From assembly GCF_030144855.1 (NCBI RefSeq), contig NC_082730.1, positions 14,818,001-14,882,000 on the forward strand: a DNA stretch of 64,000 nt, in the 5' to 3' direction. This DNA comes from Hypanus sabinus. Taxonomy: Eukaryota. Each line of letters opens with the position of its first letter. The first letter of the stretch is position 1. The translations under genes and the position numbers were made by a program. The notes under the pieces are model-generated. The model searched no databases. It was not told the DNA's origin and was given only the letters and a program-made list of their open reading frames with translations. Shown piece after piece: positions 1 to 12,739 of this stretch.

Positions 1-1769
1 GTTAGTGAGTTAGTACTAGAAAATGTAAATTTTATATAGACAGGGATTATGAGAAATTTATTGATGCAAATGATCCTGATAAAGTGGAATTGCTGCTGAG
101 GCTCAGAACCAAAATACACATCTAAAAGGGAAGTGAAGAGCTGCTGATTCAGGTTGGAGGGGAAACATGCAAGTGAATGGTATGAAAGGAAGAGCCTTTC
201 TATAGTTCCTCATGAAGTACAAGATAACACAACCCTTACAAAACAAAAATGTGAACAAGAGGCTTCTCAGCACATTTAAGAGTGCATAACACATACAGAA
301 TGCTGGAGAATCTTAGCAGGTAATGCAGTATCTTTGAAAAGGAAAGGTTCAGGCTGAGACCCTTCATCAAGACTGGAAAGGAAAGGGCGGATAAGCCGGA
401 ATAAGAAGATGGGGGGATAGTAAGGAGTACAAGCTAGAAGGTGATAGGTGAAGCCAGGTGGTCATGGGAATGAGGAGGAAGTAAGAAACTGGGAGGTGAT
501 AGGTGGAAAATCTAACAGGAAAGAAGAGTGAACCAGGGAAGAAAGTGACTAGGAGGGGTGCCAAGAGGAGATAATAACCAGATGTGGAGAAGAGAAGAGA
601 TAAGAAGGGAGCTAGAGCAGGGAATGGAAGAAGGGGAATGAGGGAGTTGGAGAAGAGTAAGCACATTTAATGGTATGCTGTCATCAGACAGGCCAGGTAA
701 GGATAGTGGATTTTCCTCCCTAGAGGACAATAGTGAACTCAACAGACTTCAAAACAACCTGATAGTACCTTGGAATCATAATTAATGTTGATCTTCTCTC
801 TTGTTTTTATTTTTAAGCAGTTAACCTTTTGTTACTTTTTTGCCATATCTTGTTCCTAATGAATTAGAGTTATAAACTCTAATGTTAAGGTCCCAATTTC
901 ACTCTACCTGAAACTTTGATTCTTTGAAATCTATTGCATCAACCAGACTTGTGCCTCTGGCTTAGTCATTTGTGCTGTTACGTGCATTCACACAGTTCTT
1001 TCCTCTGTTTTATTGGCAAGCCTCCTCAGCCTCTCTCTGACCTGATTCCTACTTCAGGTTTCCTTGTAATCTATTTATTTTTAGCCCTTCACTCTGCTTT
1101 ATCTTCAACCAACTTCCTGGTATTTTACAGTCAACATTTTCCCCACCACAAGGTTTTCCCCCAACAGGTCCATTGATCTCATAACCATTTCAGTCATGTT
1201 TCCAAGATTCTTGCCCTGAAATGCCCCACTGAAGCCATTATCTGATCTTTCTTTTTACTAAGCCCACTGCCCAGACTATGAAGCGTTCCCATATTTCACA
1301 GTTCTTTTATTGCTCACCATACACATAGGGTAACGACCCAAAGTCCTCAACATCCATAGGCCAGCAGCTCTTAAGATGATCAGCGGTCCTTGGGCACACA
1401 GGTGATCTGCACCGAGCAGATGTCTAGCCACTTTAGCCAGGACGAAATCTCACGTGAAGCGTTGGCGAGGTTTTGTCGTTCTTTGCTTGCTCATCAATAG
1501 GCGATACTGGCATCGCACCTACTTGAGCAGCGGTGTCACACGGGATGCGTCGCCCTGAAAAGGTGCCTGTAATGAACAGTAGATGTCAGTTGAAGCTGGA
1601 ACCCACAGCTCATTCACCGCGGATGGCCCGATGCACCGAGGCAGTCGGCACTTTCTAGCGTTTGTACCAAAGCCTGCGTGGTATATTCTCGGGCACCGCG
1701 TCCTCTGTTTTGCAGCCGCGGATGTCTTTATGTTGGGGGGGGGGCTTGCTGACCAGGCTTATTCAAAAA

Positions 1770-2640
1770 GTTCGAATTTCAAAGTAAAATTTATTATCAG
1801 AGTATATACATGACACCAGGTACAACCCTGAGATTCTTTTTCTGCAAGCATGTTTAGCAAATTAATAGAAGAGTAACAGAAAACAGGATCATTGAACAAA
1901 CAGTGCAAATGCAAATACAAATAAAGAGCAATAAATAACAAACATGAAATAACAAGACAAAGAGCCCTTAAAGTGAGACCATCAATTGTGGGAATACCAG
2001 AAGAAGAATGAGTGTCCTTTTCCCAACCTCCCTCGAGACCAATCAATTATCCAACTCCACCTTCCGGTATAGTCCCTGGTTCCCGAGTTCACCTGCCCAA
2101 CTCCTTGTCCTTGGTGACCTGGACCCTGCTGTTCTTCCCTCTCTGAATCCTGCTGCAGTGAAAGATGTAAGTAGTAATGCCGGTGGGAATTTTTGATGGA
2201 AATTCTCATGGGTGATGTAGGAACTGGAGAAGTCCTGTCCCAGCCTGTTCGGATTGGCAGCAACGTCTCCTCCACAGTCACCATCAGCACAGGTGCAACA
2301 CAAGGCTGTGTGTCAGCTTAGCCCCCTGTTCTACTTGCTTTATAATTCTGACTGTGTAGCTAAGCACAGTTCCAGTGGCATATTTAAGTTTGCTGTGACA
2401 CCACTGTCGTTGGCCATGTCAAAGCTGGTGATGAACTACCATTCTGGCTGAGTACTACCACAACAACAACCTCTCATTCAAAGTCAGCAAGACCAAGGGG
2501 CTAATTATTGTCTTCAGGAGGAGGAAACTGGAGATCCATGGAGATCTATGGATCTATGGAGATCTATCCTCCTCCCAACTCATAAACGCTCTCAGTTGTT
2601 GGAAGTCAGAAAATATTATAGTAGATTTCCTCATCCACTT
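1770..2640. mobile_element. Rex1/Babar fragments (3' tail on -, RT piece on +)
   Basis: SVRIGSNVSSTVTISTGATQGC..LSPL.Y.LY..DCVAKHSS motif at ~2240-2400. Confidence 0.7.
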
Positions 2641-2689
2641 AACTACCACATATTGTGAGTAGCCCTGGTATACTATATATCACAACAGC

Positions 2690-3460
2690 ATAAGATATAG
2701 GACCAGAATTAGGTCATCTGGTCCATCAAGTACTCTGCCATTCAATCTCGGCTGATTTATTACCCCTCCCAACCCTATTCTCATGCCTTTTCCCCATAAA
2801 TTTTGATGCCTTTACTGATGAAAAACCTATCAATCTCTGCTTTAAATATATCCAATGGCTTGGCCTCTACAGCCATCTATGGTAAAAAACACACACAGGT
2901 TCAACACTCTCTGGTTAAATAAATTCCTCCTCATCTCTACTTTAGAGGAGCACTTCTGTATTCTGAGACTATACCCTTTGGACTGAGACTCGCCTACTCC
3001 AGAAAACATCCTCTCCACATCCACGCTGTTGAGGCCTTTTAATATTTGATAGGTTTCAACAAGATCACCCATCATTCTTCTAAACTGCAATGAGTACAGG
3101 CAAACACTCCTCATACTTTAACCCTTTCATTCCCAGGATCATTTGCATCAAGCTCCCCTAGACTAGGGGTTCCCAACTTGGGGGTCCATAGATCCCTTGG
3201 CTGATGGTCAGGCCCATTGGCGTAAAAAAGGTTGGGAACCCCCTGTCTGTGATGACAGCACATCCTTCCCTCAATAAGGGTCCCAAAACTGCTCACCTTA
3301 TTCCAAGTGCAGTCTGGCCAAGCCTTATAAAGCCTAGTACTTGGATATTTTCCCAGCAACTGAGTGGAAAAATATTTTATGATCCCACTATTCTTTTTGC
3401 AGGGATGCACAAGATTGGGATTAAGCCTTTCTATATTCAAAAGTTTTCAATGTTCGCTGG
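2690..3460 (-). mobile_element. CR1 LINE 3' fragment
   Basis: LYSL.FRRM.GDL.ETYQILKGL..VDVERMF...RNLF.QRV.NL. Confidence 0.85.
3163..3245. mobile_element. Tiny hAT MITE inside a CR1 fragment
   Basis: taggggttcccaac ... gttgggaaccccctg; no clean TSD. Confidence 0.7.
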
Positions 3461-3841
3461 CTGACAACCTGGAATACCAGTTTATTTCTATTCTCTGTTC
3501 CTTACTTAGTATTTACTTAGAGTTACAACACAGTAACAGGCCCTTCCTGGCAAATGAGCCTCTGCTGCACAATTACAACAATGTGACTAATTAACCAACT
3601 AACCTGTATGTCTTTGGAACGTGGGAGCAACCTGAGGCAACCGGAGGAAATGCACGTGGTCACAGGAGAATATACAAACTCCTTACAGACAGTGCTGGGA
3701 ATTGAACCCAAGTCACTAGCACTGTAAATCATTACGCTAAATTTAGTTAAGAAAAGACTTTCCTTCTGACAGTCATGCTCTCTAACTTGAATGCAGGTGG
3801 AAAAAAAGTTTAAACTGGATTTTATTTCCTAGTCTCCACAG

Positions 3842-3932
3842 GGTCCGGATATTCTTGTGAAAGTTCTGGAAATGAATCAGCAATAATAACCCCTTCTACA
3901 AATCCAGAAATAAAAGACAATGACAGACAAAG
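3842..3932 (+). CDS. Gene 0 (inhibitory CD300/MDIR-like receptor), stalk exon
   Basis: ctccacag|GG...CAAAG|gtaaac; 91 nt, phase 1 to 2; encodes GSGYSCESSGNESAIITPSTNPEIKDNDRQ. Same length, phases and YSCE motif as the gene A stalk exon. Confidence 0.85.
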
Positions 3933-4239
3933 GTAAACTTGATCCAGTTTTGTTAAATAGTGCAGTGCTCTCAATCCTGATGGTTTGACTGGTTTTATGG
4001 GACAATTATTAGGGAGAAAACAACTTAATCTGGGGATTGTCCTTTTATGAGATGCTCATGATGTGAGTGTATTTGCAGTGAGTCTGTAGATATCAACCAG
4101 AATCTCCCAACAATAATACCACTGTTCAGATTCCTAAAATCAGTGCTTGAAAATTTTTGTGAATTATAATTTTACATAATCTGTAATTATTTCAAATTTC
4201 CTTAAATAGTGTGATTTCTTTCATTAATCTCCCTGCCAA

Positions 4240-4720
4240 AATAGTACAGAGAAAATTTACAAGGATGTTACTGGGTCTGGAGAACCTGAGTTATAAGGAA
4301 AGATTGAATAGGTTAGGACTATATTCTTCAGAATGCATAAGACTGAGAGGAGATTTGATAGAAGTACAGTATACAGAATTATGAGAGGTTATAGACAGGG
4401 AGCAATCATTTTCCACTGAGTTTGCATAGGAATACAACCAGAGGTCATGAGTTAATGGTGAAAGTTGAGAAGTTTAAGAGGAATATGAGGGGAAAATTCT
4501 TTGCTCAGAGGGTCATGAGAGTGGAATGAGCTGCCAGCCCAAGCAGCACAAATGAACTTAAATTCAACATTTAAGAGAAGTTTGGATAGGTACATGGATA
4601 GTAGAGGCATGGAGAACTATGGTCCTGCTGCAGGTCAATGGGAGTAGGCAGTTTAGATGGTTTCTGCATGGACTAGATGGGCCAAAAGGCCTGTTTCTAT
4701 GCTGTACTTGTCGATGACTA
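4240..4720 (+). mobile_element. CR1 LINE 3' fragment
   Basis: RL.GDLIEV..IMRG motif and ggcctgtttctatgctgtac tail. Confidence 0.8.
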
Positions 4721-5705
4721 TGTCTGTAGTCATAAAGTGTCATAGATTTGACTGATGGACAGAAAGCCATGTGGGTGGGAGGAGTATAGCCAATAGTAAA
4801 GCATTTAACATCAGTTTCCTGGGCCTTGTTTGCTCTGCCTCCTCCACCCCTCCGCTTAAGAGGACTGACAGGTTGCTGGCCTTGCAAGAGAAGACTTCAT
4901 CACTGAGGTTGGGGTTGGCTTCTAAATGTAGTGTTTCGCTCCGACTGCAAATTATTCAGTCGATACCTTGGTGAGCAGGACTAAGGAGGGTTGCATGATG
5001 ATTAGTCTCATCTGTTGGATTAAAATGACTCAATCAGTGCTCTCAGGTGGATGGTGCAGTCCCCGTGTAATATTCAGTGAGGAATAAATTGCCACTTTCT
5101 TATAGTCTAAACAATACTTATCTCCCTCATTATCGGTCATTATTACATGATTGTTTATGGATCTTGCTAGGCATATATTGGCTGCTGCATTTCTACACTG
5201 TAAAAATATCCAACACCTCACTTACTGGGCTTGTGCACATCCTGAGGTCATGAGTGGAGTTCAAAGATTGCAAGTATATCGATTATCAAAGTATGTATTC
5301 AGTATACAACCCTGAGATTTGTCTTCTCACAGACAGCCCCGAAACAAAGAAACACAATGAAACCTGTTCAAGGAAAATATCAAACACTCAACGGACAAAA
5401 AGAAAAGAACAAATCATGCAAGTGGCAAAAAATGCATGAAAAACACAGAATAAAATACAGTCATTGAGACAGTCTAGGAATGTTCAGTTTAGTTCACTTC
5501 AGTTCAACTTAGCACTGTGTCGTTGTCTGCAGAGCCAGTCTGCCTCAATCAAAAGCAAAGAAATTAGCAATAAAAGGGAGCGATCAGAAACTAGAAACAC
5601 GTATAACATATAATAAATTGTGTAAATGCCAGATGCTCATTGCTTAGTATTAGCCAAGAATCAATGTGAGCCAAGGCTGATGCTTTCTTATTCTTTGTGC
5701 CACAG

Positions 5706-5788
5706 ACTCGTTTCCATAATCGTGCTCAGTGTCACTGGAGTTCTTGTCATGGTTTTTATTGTTTGGTTCCTAAACTGTAAACTCAAGG
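5706..5788 (+). CDS. Gene 0 transmembrane exon (uncharged TM)
   Basis: ttctttgtgccacag|A CTC...AAG G|gtgagt; 83 nt, phase 2 to 1; (R)LVSIIVLSVTGVLVMVFIVWFLNCKLK. Phase matches the stalk exon. Confidence 0.9.
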
Positions 5789-6458
5789 GTGAGTTTTGAA
5801 CATTTTAAAGTTGTTTTATGATTTTGTGAGAATTTGCTGCACTGTATTGAGAGATTTTGTCTTATTTTGTTCTTATTAAAAAGTAATAGCGTTAAGGAAA
5901 TACTTGACTGAAAATCAAAAACCTGCTTGCTGGTGTTGAAATCTGAAGCAGAAGTAAGTAAGGGAAATGGCAGATCAGGCAGCTATTCTGATGAAGTTCT
6001 TAAGGAGCTGGTTTGCTCGCTGCTTCTCTTTCTGGCAGCACCAGTACTTCCAGCATTTTCTGTTAACATGATCTCATCTGTATGCTGTAAATTGCACAGA
6101 TAAGTTAAAAGGGCCAAAGAGGAATAAAGTATTGTTTATAGGTTCATGGCTTGTTCAGATATCTGATTATGAAAGGGAACAAGCTGTTCCTGAATCACTG
6201 AAAATCAGGCTTTAGGCTCCTGTACTTCCTCCCTGTTGATAATAATGGGAAGAGGTCATGTCTTTGAGGTTCAGTATTGAGTTGAGCACTTATAAAAAAT
6301 AATACTGCTTTTTCTGATGTTGTGTGCAGTGGCCAAAGCATATTCTGGCTTTGTGTGGTGATTTGTGCCTGTGGTGTAACCAAGGTTTTGCACGCAGCAC
6401 ATGGCCAATTAACCCTGTTACTGACAAGTATTTTCAAAGGTGATATTGCATTTTCCAG

Positions 6459-6505
6459 ACACCAAGTTCAAAATGTTTCACAGAACAAGCAAGAATGAAA
6501 CCCAG
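6459..6505 (+). CDS. Gene 0 first cytoplasmic exon
   Basis: gcattttccag|AC...CAG|gtaagg; 47 nt, phase 1 to 0; (D)TKFKMFHRTSKNETQ. Bridges the TM exon to the terminal exon in frame. Confidence 0.75.
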
Positions 6506-8269
6506 GTAAGGGCTTGAACTGTGATTTTTAAAAAATTTACAACAAACATTTCAGGCCATTTACCCCATACCATACACAAACCTCCTCACATCACTCTTCT
6601 TTAGCATATCCTTCTGTTCATTCTCTCTCCAGTATTATCCAGCATTGCCTTAAAAAGATCCGTAATACTTTACTGACTCATCCTCAGAGTGGCCACATAC
6701 TTTAATATTTTTACTGATGGGCACAGTCTGGCTTTACTGTTGAAAATGGGAACTTTTCTTATTCTATATTTGTGTTCAGCAATTATTCAGTTGACATTTC
6801 ATATTTCCCCACTGAATCTCAAACACTGAAGCAAAATCAGAAAAATAATGAAAGTTCACTCTGACACCCAGAATCAGAATCAGGTTTAATATCATTGTCA
6901 TACTGTATATTGTAAAATTTGTTGTCTGCAAGTGAATAAAAAGCTTGTCTTTTCTGTGGTCATAAGCTGCCCTCAGCTACCCACTTTCTCACTGTACCAT
7001 TCAATGCTGACAACATCACTCAAAACATACTGCTGATTCTTGGATCAGTTATCAGCCATCTTTGTTAATGATATTTTCTACAACGTGCTGCATGCTTGTT
7101 CTGTCTGACTACATGATGAATTTTTAACTGGATACTCCAGTTGATAAAATCTTTGGCCACTTTGAATAAATGGTTCAAAATCTTCTCACTTATATCCACT
7201 GTCTCTTCACATTTCCACAGGTAGCTGATCTGTCATAGACTTTCCCTCTTGTCCATCTGCACTTGTTTAATCTCACTGCTTGTCATTTTGGCTTCAGTTG
7301 TCCTGGTTCTCAGCTCTGGGATCCACTCCCTGAATATCTGCAACTCTAAACTGGTCCATTAAGCCTTGTTGACTGCAAACAACAAAGATTTTGTGCCTTG
7401 CTCTGATGCCATCCACATTCAGTTTGTCTTTCATCTAATGATGCCGCCGTGAAGCAGTTGGAATAGTTTTTCTTGTATTGTATTTGCTATGGTTCTTGTA
7501 CATTTACATATAGCCAACATTGATATAGAATCACTTGAATCATTAGCTGTTATCATACAGGCTAGGAAATTACAGTTTTATTGTCACATTTAAGGAGATG
7601 AAGCTTAATAAAAAAAAATGAAAAACAAAGCGGAGTTGGAGCGGGGGCAGTGGTGATTTGATAGAAGTTACAAGGTTGTCAGAGTACCTTAAAGAGAGGT
7701 GGAGGTGTTACCACTAGAAGGGAAGAACAGATGAAAAGCTGTATGTATAAAGCAATTAATAATAGACCTACCCCATCAAGAATTCTAGATTAAATTCCAT
7801 TCCCAAGTTATTCAAAATTCACTTTGTTTATTGTCATTCTTCAGTAGAGAAGTGTAAAGGAGAACAAAATGATGGTTAATCGGGGTACAATGGAGCATCA
7901 AAAACACAATAAGCATAAAGAACTAAACTTTAAAAAACACAATAATTTTAATTACATAAGATTAGCTTATATACATAGACTAATCATGATGACATTCCAG
8001 AGTTAGTCGCTGCTGATTGTAAGTGAAGTGAATCAAGTGTCATAAAGGAGAGTGTGTAAGCATGTGGGGAAGACAACAACGTGGCTTAACACAAGTAAAT
8101 AAATTATGTTCAAACACCAGCTAGACATATAAAATCAGTCCCGATACTGGGTTTCAATCTGAAATGCTAAAATTCCTCCCCTTTGCCCCCTCCCCAACCA
8201 TAGATGCTGCTCAGCCTGCTGAGGGCTTTAGAAGACTGCTCACTGCAAAAACTGCTTGTTGAGTCCACA

Positions 8270-8680
8270 GGATGATGATTGTGGGGAAGAGACAGTAGCT
8301 CACCTCAACGCGAGCTGTGCGTTTGCAAAGCGGGTGTGGGGGAAAGATGCAAGTGCCTGTGTTGCAGTTCACCCCGAGCAGCTGTGTGACAGAGAACTCT
8401 AAACCTACGGGCTGTCCGCAGGGGCACACAGGGAGGTGGACATCAAGTGCTGCTGGCAGATCATCAACTTGGTGAAGGCATCCTTCGGTCTGCCTGAAGC
8501 CTGGTGGTCTGCCTTCACATCGAGATGTCCATAAGGGAACGCTGCCGACTGTCACATTCCAGGCTGGAAGATTGCGGGCTGTAGGAATCACAGAAGCTTG
8601 GTGAAGCCACTGCAAAGTCTTGGTGGGGAAGGAGCAAACGTGTAGGGTTTATCTCTTACTGGGAGGGAGGGTTGGGTTAG
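8270..8680 (+). mobile_element. L1/Tx1-clade LINE 3' fragment
   Basis: ETVAHL...CAFAKRVW...YGL..G.H.E.DI.CCW.IIN.VK remnants (zf-RVT-type C-terminus). Confidence 0.65.
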
Positions 8681-8707
8681 TGGAGGAGGCCTTCTATTAT
8701 GTAATAG

Positions 8708-8921
8708 TGTGGTGAACTATGTGCCTGTCTGGACACGCCCCTTGCTGACTGCTCCTGTGGCTCCTCCCACAGGCCCCTGTATAAAGGCGATCTGAGGCCT
8801 GACGCTCGGCCTCAGTCTCCAGGACATAGTATGATGGACACTCACTCCTGGTTCCTTCTTCCAGTCAATAAAAGCCGATATCTCGCCTTAAGTCTCAGTG
8901 TGAGTTATTGATGGTGCATCA
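8708..8921 (+). mobile_element. Solo LTR, 214 bp
   Basis: TG...CA ends, 5-bp TSD AATAG on both sides, TATAAA at 8780, AATAAA at 8867. Confidence 0.85.
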
Positions 8922-9194
8922 AATAGGGCAGCACCTCAGGGGCCCAACTGAGAGGCAGCAGTGCTTTTGATTGATAAGTAGGAAAATAATAGAACAGTAT
9001 CTTAAGCATCAGCTTTGTGGATGTAAACAATGAAAAGACAGTGCACGGTTTATTTTTGTAAACATTTTTTATTATGAATGAAGTTTACTTTGTTTAAAAA
9101 AAGAACTGTTTGAGACCTCTTAGTCCTAGACCTCGGCTCAGCACCTTTCATATTCATCAGACATAAACTGGTCTTTGCATTTTTTATTCTTGAG

Positions 9195-9476
9195 GAAACA
9201 ACAGCATCCGAAGATCAAGATGCATATGCAACAGTGCTGGAGATTCAAAGTGACAGGACACCTGCCCAGCTGGCTAACAAAGAAAATGGGGCCATGGATG
9301 CAACAATGGAACTTCAAAGGAAATCAACAGCAGATCCCTCTGTTAATGGAGAGAGTAATGTCTTCTACACAGATGTTAAATTTATAAACAATCCCCCAAA
9401 GGTCAACAGAAAATATTCATCTCCTGGTATGCCAGAGAACTCTACAAAGACAATTTATGCCAGTGTTGCTCCTTAG
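9195..9476 (+). CDS. Gene 0 terminal exon with ITIM and ITSM
   Basis: Phase-0 exon ETTASEDQDAYATV...QRKST...NVFYTDVKF...KTIYASVAP* overlapping ORF 9234..9476. The acceptor is a weak GAG; its position is supported by the homologous acceptor at 47208. Confidence 0.85.
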   Translation, partial: ETTASEDQDAYATVLEIQSDRTPAQLANKENGAMDATMELQRKSTADPSVNGESNVFYTDVKFINNPPKVNRKYSSPGMPENSTKTIYASVAP

Positions 9477-9909
9477 GAGATCTACTGTATATGCTTGGAC
9501 ATGGATGTTATTACTTCAGCTTTGTGTTGAGATCCACTGTTTTATTGGGATTCCTCAGTCATAATCTACCCACAATCAGATTTTCAAATCCAAATCAAAA
9601 TCATAATAAGGTTTATTATTACTGACATATGTCATGATATTTGTTGTTTTGCAGCTGCAGTAAACTGCAATGCATCAAAATTACTATAAATCACAATAAG
9701 AAATATGTAGAAAGTAAACATATAGTGCAAAAAGGGAGCAAAATAATGAGGCAGTGTTTGTGGGTTCATCTGATGGGAGAGGGGAAGACACTGTTCCTAA
9801 AATGTTGAGTGTGTTTCTTCAGGCTCGTATACATCCTCTTTAATGATAGCAATGAGAAGAGGGCATGTCCTGGTTGGTGAGAGTCCTTAATGATGGATGT
9901 TGCCTCTTC

Positions 9910-10270
9910 TGATAGAACATAGAACATGGAATAGTACAGCACAGTACAGGCCCTTCGGCCCACAATGTTGTACTGACCCTTAAACCCTGCCTCCCATATA
10001 GCCCCTCACCTTAAATTCCTTCATATACCTGTCTAGTAGTCTCTCAAATTTCACTAGTGTATCTGCCTCCACCACTGACTCAGGCAGTGCATTCCATGCA
10101 CCAACCAGTCTCTGAGTGAAAAACCTTCCTCTGATATCCACCTTGAACTTCCCTCCCCTTACCTTAAAGCCATGTCTTCTTGTACTGAGCAGTGGTGCCC
10201 TGGGGAAAAGGCGCTGGCTGTCCACTCTATCTATTCCTCTTAATATCTTGTACACCTCTATCATGTCTCC
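9910..10270 (-). mobile_element. CR1 LINE 3' fragment
   Basis: RGDMIEVYKILRGIDRVD...FFTQR.VGAWNALP. Confidence 0.88.
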
Positions 10271-10379
10271 TCTTATCCTCCTTCTCCCACACCTCTCCTG
10301 CAGCACCCCACCCTTCTCATTCTCAAGGTGCTCCTTCCACCAACTAGCCTGCAGGTCACCCTTGAGCAAGGTGTAGAAT

Positions 10380-10655
10380 CTGCTTAGCCCCACGATCAGG
10401 GTCAAATGAAGCCATGGGAGCAGGTGGTGGATGGTCGTATAAGCAGCTGGTGCATATCACAAGTCCTGGCCATGTGACCACTGACACCAAGTGGACAATC
10501 TCTGAAGAGTATTGATAATGGTTGGGGTCTCCTATCTTGTAAAGACACTGCCCAGAAAAAGGCAATGGGAAACCACTTTTGTGGAAGAATTCGCCAACAA
10601 CAATCATGGTCACCTTGCTGACCACGATCACCTATGTCATCTGACATGGCACTTA
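10380..10655 (+). mobile_element. RTE-related SINE-like repeat
   Basis: Contains aaggcaatgggaaaccact...aacaatcatgg, resembling RTE/BovB-related SINE motifs. Confidence 0.5.
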
Positions 10656-11049
10656 ATTGTGAATGGTCACAGTACATCTTTGGACTGTGGGAGGAAACCA
10701 GAGAACCTGGAGAAAACTCCTGCAATCCACGGAGAGGACATACAGATTCTCCTCACAGAATGGCACCAGAATTGAAATCTGAATTTCAGAAGTACTGATT
10801 GGACAAGTCTGTAACTGTATGAAAGAGAATACAGTACTGTTTTCCTGGGTTTCTTCCACTTGACTCAATTTCCACACAGATCTCAAAAAATGTGAATCTT
10901 GGTAGATTACTGTCTAGTTTCAACTAGACGTCCTTTACAAGTGAGTAATAGAACCTGGTCCATGGACTCGGTGGGTTGTGATTTATCCCTTCACAGTTGT
11001 ATGACTTTATGACAGCTCCCATTAATGTCTTCTGCTCTTTGAGCATTCT

Positions 11050-11660
11050 TAGCTCCACCCATACTGATAACACTAGAGATTATGCTGAGACTTTATAAGA
11101 CAATGGTCAGGCTGCACTTGGAGTATCGTCAACAGTTTTGGCCCCCATATCTCAGAAAGGATGTGTTGTCATTAGAGGGAGTCCAGAGGAGGTTCACGAG
11201 GATGATTCTGGAATGAAGTGGTTAACATATGAGGAGCATTTTGCAGCTTTGAGCCTGTACACATTGGAATTTAGAAAAGTGCAGGGGGATCTCTTTGAAA
11301 CCCATCGGATGTTGAAAGGACTAAATAGGGTGGATGTGGAAAAGATATTTCCTATGGTGGACACATCCAGAACTAGAAGGCACGGCCTCAAAATTGAAGG
11401 GTAACCCTTTAGAACAGAGGTAAGGAGGAATATTTTTTAGCCAGAGAGTAGTAAATCTGTGGAATGCCCTGCTACAGACTGCAGTTGAGGCCAAGTCTAT
11501 GGGTGTATTTAAAGCAGAAGTTGATTATTTACGGATCGGTCAGTGCATCAAAGGATATGATGAGAAGGCGGGTGTATAGGGTTCAGTGGGATATGGGATC
11601 AGCCATGATGGAATGGCTGAGCAGACTTGATTGACTGAATAACCTAATTCTACACTTGTG
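11050..11660 (+). mobile_element. CR1 LINE 3' fragment
   Basis: YKTMVR.HLEY..QFW.P; LYTLEFRKVQGDL.ET. Confidence 0.85.
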
Positions 11661-12739
11661 TCTTAGAGTCCAATACTTTTATGAGGAAACAAGTCCCCAT
11701 TTAAAGCCATAAGAAACAATCCCCTTTACGCCTTAGTTAATAGTTACACTAGGAAACTCAAAGTCAAAGCACATTTATTATCTAAGTATGTATACTGTAT
11801 ACATGGTTCCTTAAGGTTGTTATAGCTAGGGTTAATAATGGGATTAAGTTGCGACTACCTATTAAATGCTTCCAATGGCTGAAGTCCTTAAGACAGTCCT
11901 TTGTTGAGTTCAACACTGACTTCAGGCCTCGACACAGGAGAAAACAACAGGAAACATCTGGTTTAATTTCCTTTCATATTTGAAGAAGTGGTATTTATTG
12001 CACAACAGCTCTTGCAATGCAGTTCCCATTATCTAGCTGTTTATTCAAGTGTGCTGATTACAGTGGGCAATCAAATTACATAACTGCCTACCCATTCTCC
12101 ATCTCACAGACACACTCTCATCCTGCACTTGTCACTGTTCACCATTTATTGCTGCTGCTTCAAATATTTATATGCCTGCTTGTTCTATTATAATAGTGCC
12201 AGCAACATTATACTGTCAGGCATAAGCATGCACCTCACACTCTGTGTCAACCTGTCAATATTCAGTCCATGCTACTCAGGGACTTGTGCTAATATTATTT
12301 TATGATTGTATATGGTGAATCAAAACTATACAGTATCTACTGTGTGTGACTATATGTACTGTGTTTTGCTGACTACATGTAATTCTCCCTAGTAAAACAA
12401 TGTTTAATTTAGCCATATACATGTGTGTAGTTGCATGACAAAAAACCTGAACTTGAAATTAAATGGAAAGGAACTTAAATTCATCAAAAGTTTTGTTATT
12501 TAATGTTATGTAAACCTGAAATAAAGCATTATAGTTTGCATTAATGGTTATTGATCATTTAGATTTTCCTTTCTCATGCAAAATACAAAAATAAATTATC
12601 CAATTGTAGGTAAGAAAAGTTGTTTAGACTCATTTGCCAGAAGAAGTAGCCGGACTGAACATTACTAGGAAAAGATTTTTGAAGTTTCTCTCCATTTAGA
12701 AAATAGTGCATGCTCTTATTTCTTTGACCAACGTGCATG

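Noticed and set aside
367-742. Leu/Ser/Pro/Phe-rich ORFs (also 36363-36661, 53203-53458, 62482-62940)
   Set aside because: Compositional artefacts of purine-rich Penelope-like tracts.
4079-4180. Possible extra exon after the gene 0 stalk
   Set aside because: Runs into a stop, not TM-like, and the stalk splices in phase to 5706.
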